From assembly GCA_963841915.1 (NCBI GenBank), contig CAWJEN010000006.1:576001-640000 (forward strand): DNA of 64,000 nucleotides, in the 5' to 3' direction. This DNA is from an uncultured Planctomycetota bacterium (GTDB taxonomy: Bacteria > Planctomycetota > Phycisphaerae > Tepidisphaerales > Tepidisphaeraceae). The notes beneath the pieces are model-generated. The model was not told the origin of the DNA. It worked only from the letters and a program-made list of their open reading frames with translations, and made no database searches. The position numbers and the translations under genes were made by a program. Shown one piece after another: positions 62,692 through 64,000 of this stretch (its first letter is position 1; every line of letters starts with the position of its first letter).

Positions 62692-64000
62692 ATGCACGTC
62701 CTGTTCGTTCACCCCAATTTTCCTGCCCAGTTCGGCCACGTGGCCACACACCTCGCCAGGGCAGAAGGATGGCGATGCACCTTTGTCAGCGAAACCCCAG
62801 CCGGCACGACGCAGCTGGGCGATCGCGGAGGCGTCCTGGAAAAGCTCCAATACAAGACGCGTAGCGGCGCGACGCGTTCCAATCATTTTTGCACGCGAAC
62901 GTTCGAGAACAGCGTCTGGCAGACTGACGGCGTCTATCACGCGTTGCTCGCCCGCCCAGACATCGAGCCGGACCTCATCGTCGGCCACAGCGGGTTCGGC
63001 AGCACGCTGTTCTTGCGAGAAATCTTCCCGCAGGTGCCGGTGGTGAACCTCTTCGAGTACTTCTATAGAGGTCACGACGTCGAGAGCGACATGACGTTTC
63101 GGCACGACCTGGGCTGGCCGGTAGAGCCGGAGAAGTTTCTGCGCAGCCGATGCCGGAACGCGATGATTCTCCTGGATCTGGACAACTGCCAGCTCGGCTA
63201 CTGCCCGACGCCGTTCCAGCAGTCGCGATTTCCTGAGGAGTATGCCGGCAAGCTTCGCGTGCTGTTCGACGGCATCGACACGACGCTTTGGAACGACGCA
63301 GGCGGTAACCTGCGGCACGACGGTGCGAGAACCGTGTGTGGCATCAACCTGCCGGCTGGGGCGAAAATCGTTACCTACTGCGCTCGAGGGTTCGAATCGA
63401 TGCGCGGCTTCGACTTGTTCATGAAGGCTGTTCGGCGGATCACCGAGCAACGGGACGACGTTCACGTCTTGATCTTCGGCACGGACCGCATCGCCTACGG
63501 CGGCGACGAGCAGCACACCGGCGGTAAGAGCTTCAAAAACTGGACGCTCGATCTCGACGACGTGCGCGGCTACGACGCGCAACGTGTGCACTTCCTTGAT
63601 CGACGACCGCCGAGTGATCTGGCACAGGCGTTTGCCTCAGCGGACGTGCACCTTTATCTCACGGTGCCGTTCGTGTTGAGCTGGAGTCTCATCAACGCGA
63701 TGGCCTGCGGCGCGGCCGTTGTTGCGAGCGACACGGCACCGGTCCGCGATGTTGTAACTCACGATGAGACAGGACGGCTCGTCGACTTCTTCGACCCGGC
63801 GGCGATGGCGGAGGAGACGCTGCGATTGCTTGAGGACACGACGGCAGCAAGACGGCTTGGCAGCAACGCCGTCGAACTCGTGCGAGGCAGATATGCCATG
63901 TCGGCCATCCTGCCGCAAATGACTCAAATGTACGACGAAGCCTCACGAATCACCCGAGGCTTGGAAGCACCGCGCCCACGACCCAAACCGGCCGTCTTTG
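62692..64000 (+). CDS. GT4 glycosyltransferase (3' truncated by window; absent from the ORF track)
   Basis: ATG at 62692 MHVLFVHPNFPAQFGH; GHSGFG, RGFESMRGFD.F, HLYLTVPFVLSWSL..AMACG; no stop seen before the window end. Confidence 0.9.
   Translation, partial: MHVLFVHPNFPAQFGHVATHLARAEGWRCTFVSETPAGTTQLGDRGGVLEKLQYKTRSGATRSNHFCTRTFENSVWQTDGVYHALLARPDIEPDLIVGHSGFGSTLFLREIFPQVPVVNLFEYFYRGHDVESDMTFRHDLGWPVEPEKFLRSRCRNAMILLDLDNCQLGYCPTPFQQSRFPEEYAGKLRVLFDGIDTTLWNDAGGNLRHDGARTVCGINLPAGAKIVTYCARGFESMRGFDLFMKAVRRITEQRDDVHVLIFGTDRIAYGGDEQHTGGKSFKNWTLDLDDVRGYDAQRVHFLDRRPPSDLAQAFASADVHLYLTVPFVLSWSLINAMACGAAVVASDTAPVRDVVTHDETGRLVDFFDPAAMAEETLRLLEDTTAARRLGSNAVELVRGRYAMSAILPQMTQMYDEASRITRGLEAPRPRPKPAVF

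Overview
High-GC bacterial chromosomal segment, most likely Planctomycetota (possibly Phycisphaerae). This is inferred from a LEPRxLL-motif secreted protein, PEP-CTERM genes, a prepilin-type protein, an ECF sigma factor with a long C-terminal extension, an HTH-receiver regulator and scattered housekeeping genes. About 50 CDS are supported: glmS, class II photolyase, a HK-REC-GGDEF module, Nif3-like, MfpsA-like glycosyltransferase, metX-metW fusion, aguB-like, clpB, pilC-like, argC, APH(3')-like, pstSCAB, gltD, nadA, nuoB, and a ~12 kb carbohydrate-utilisation island (41.7-53.8 kb). I saw no rRNA, tRNA, CRISPR array or transposase. The main non-coding signal is two 181-bp homologous cassettes in inverted orientation (9503-9683 and 58181-58361). 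Each holds two perfect parS-type palindromes (TGTTCCACGTGGAACA) separated by a hairpin, which suggests an origin-proximal region. Other highlights are a PstA insertion resembling the RNA polymerase beta-prime sandwich-barrel hybrid motif, a recurring operator-like palindrome across the carbohydrate island, a BshC-like protein, and several apparently degenerate catalytic motifs. All family calls are by motif recognition from memory; no database searches were run.
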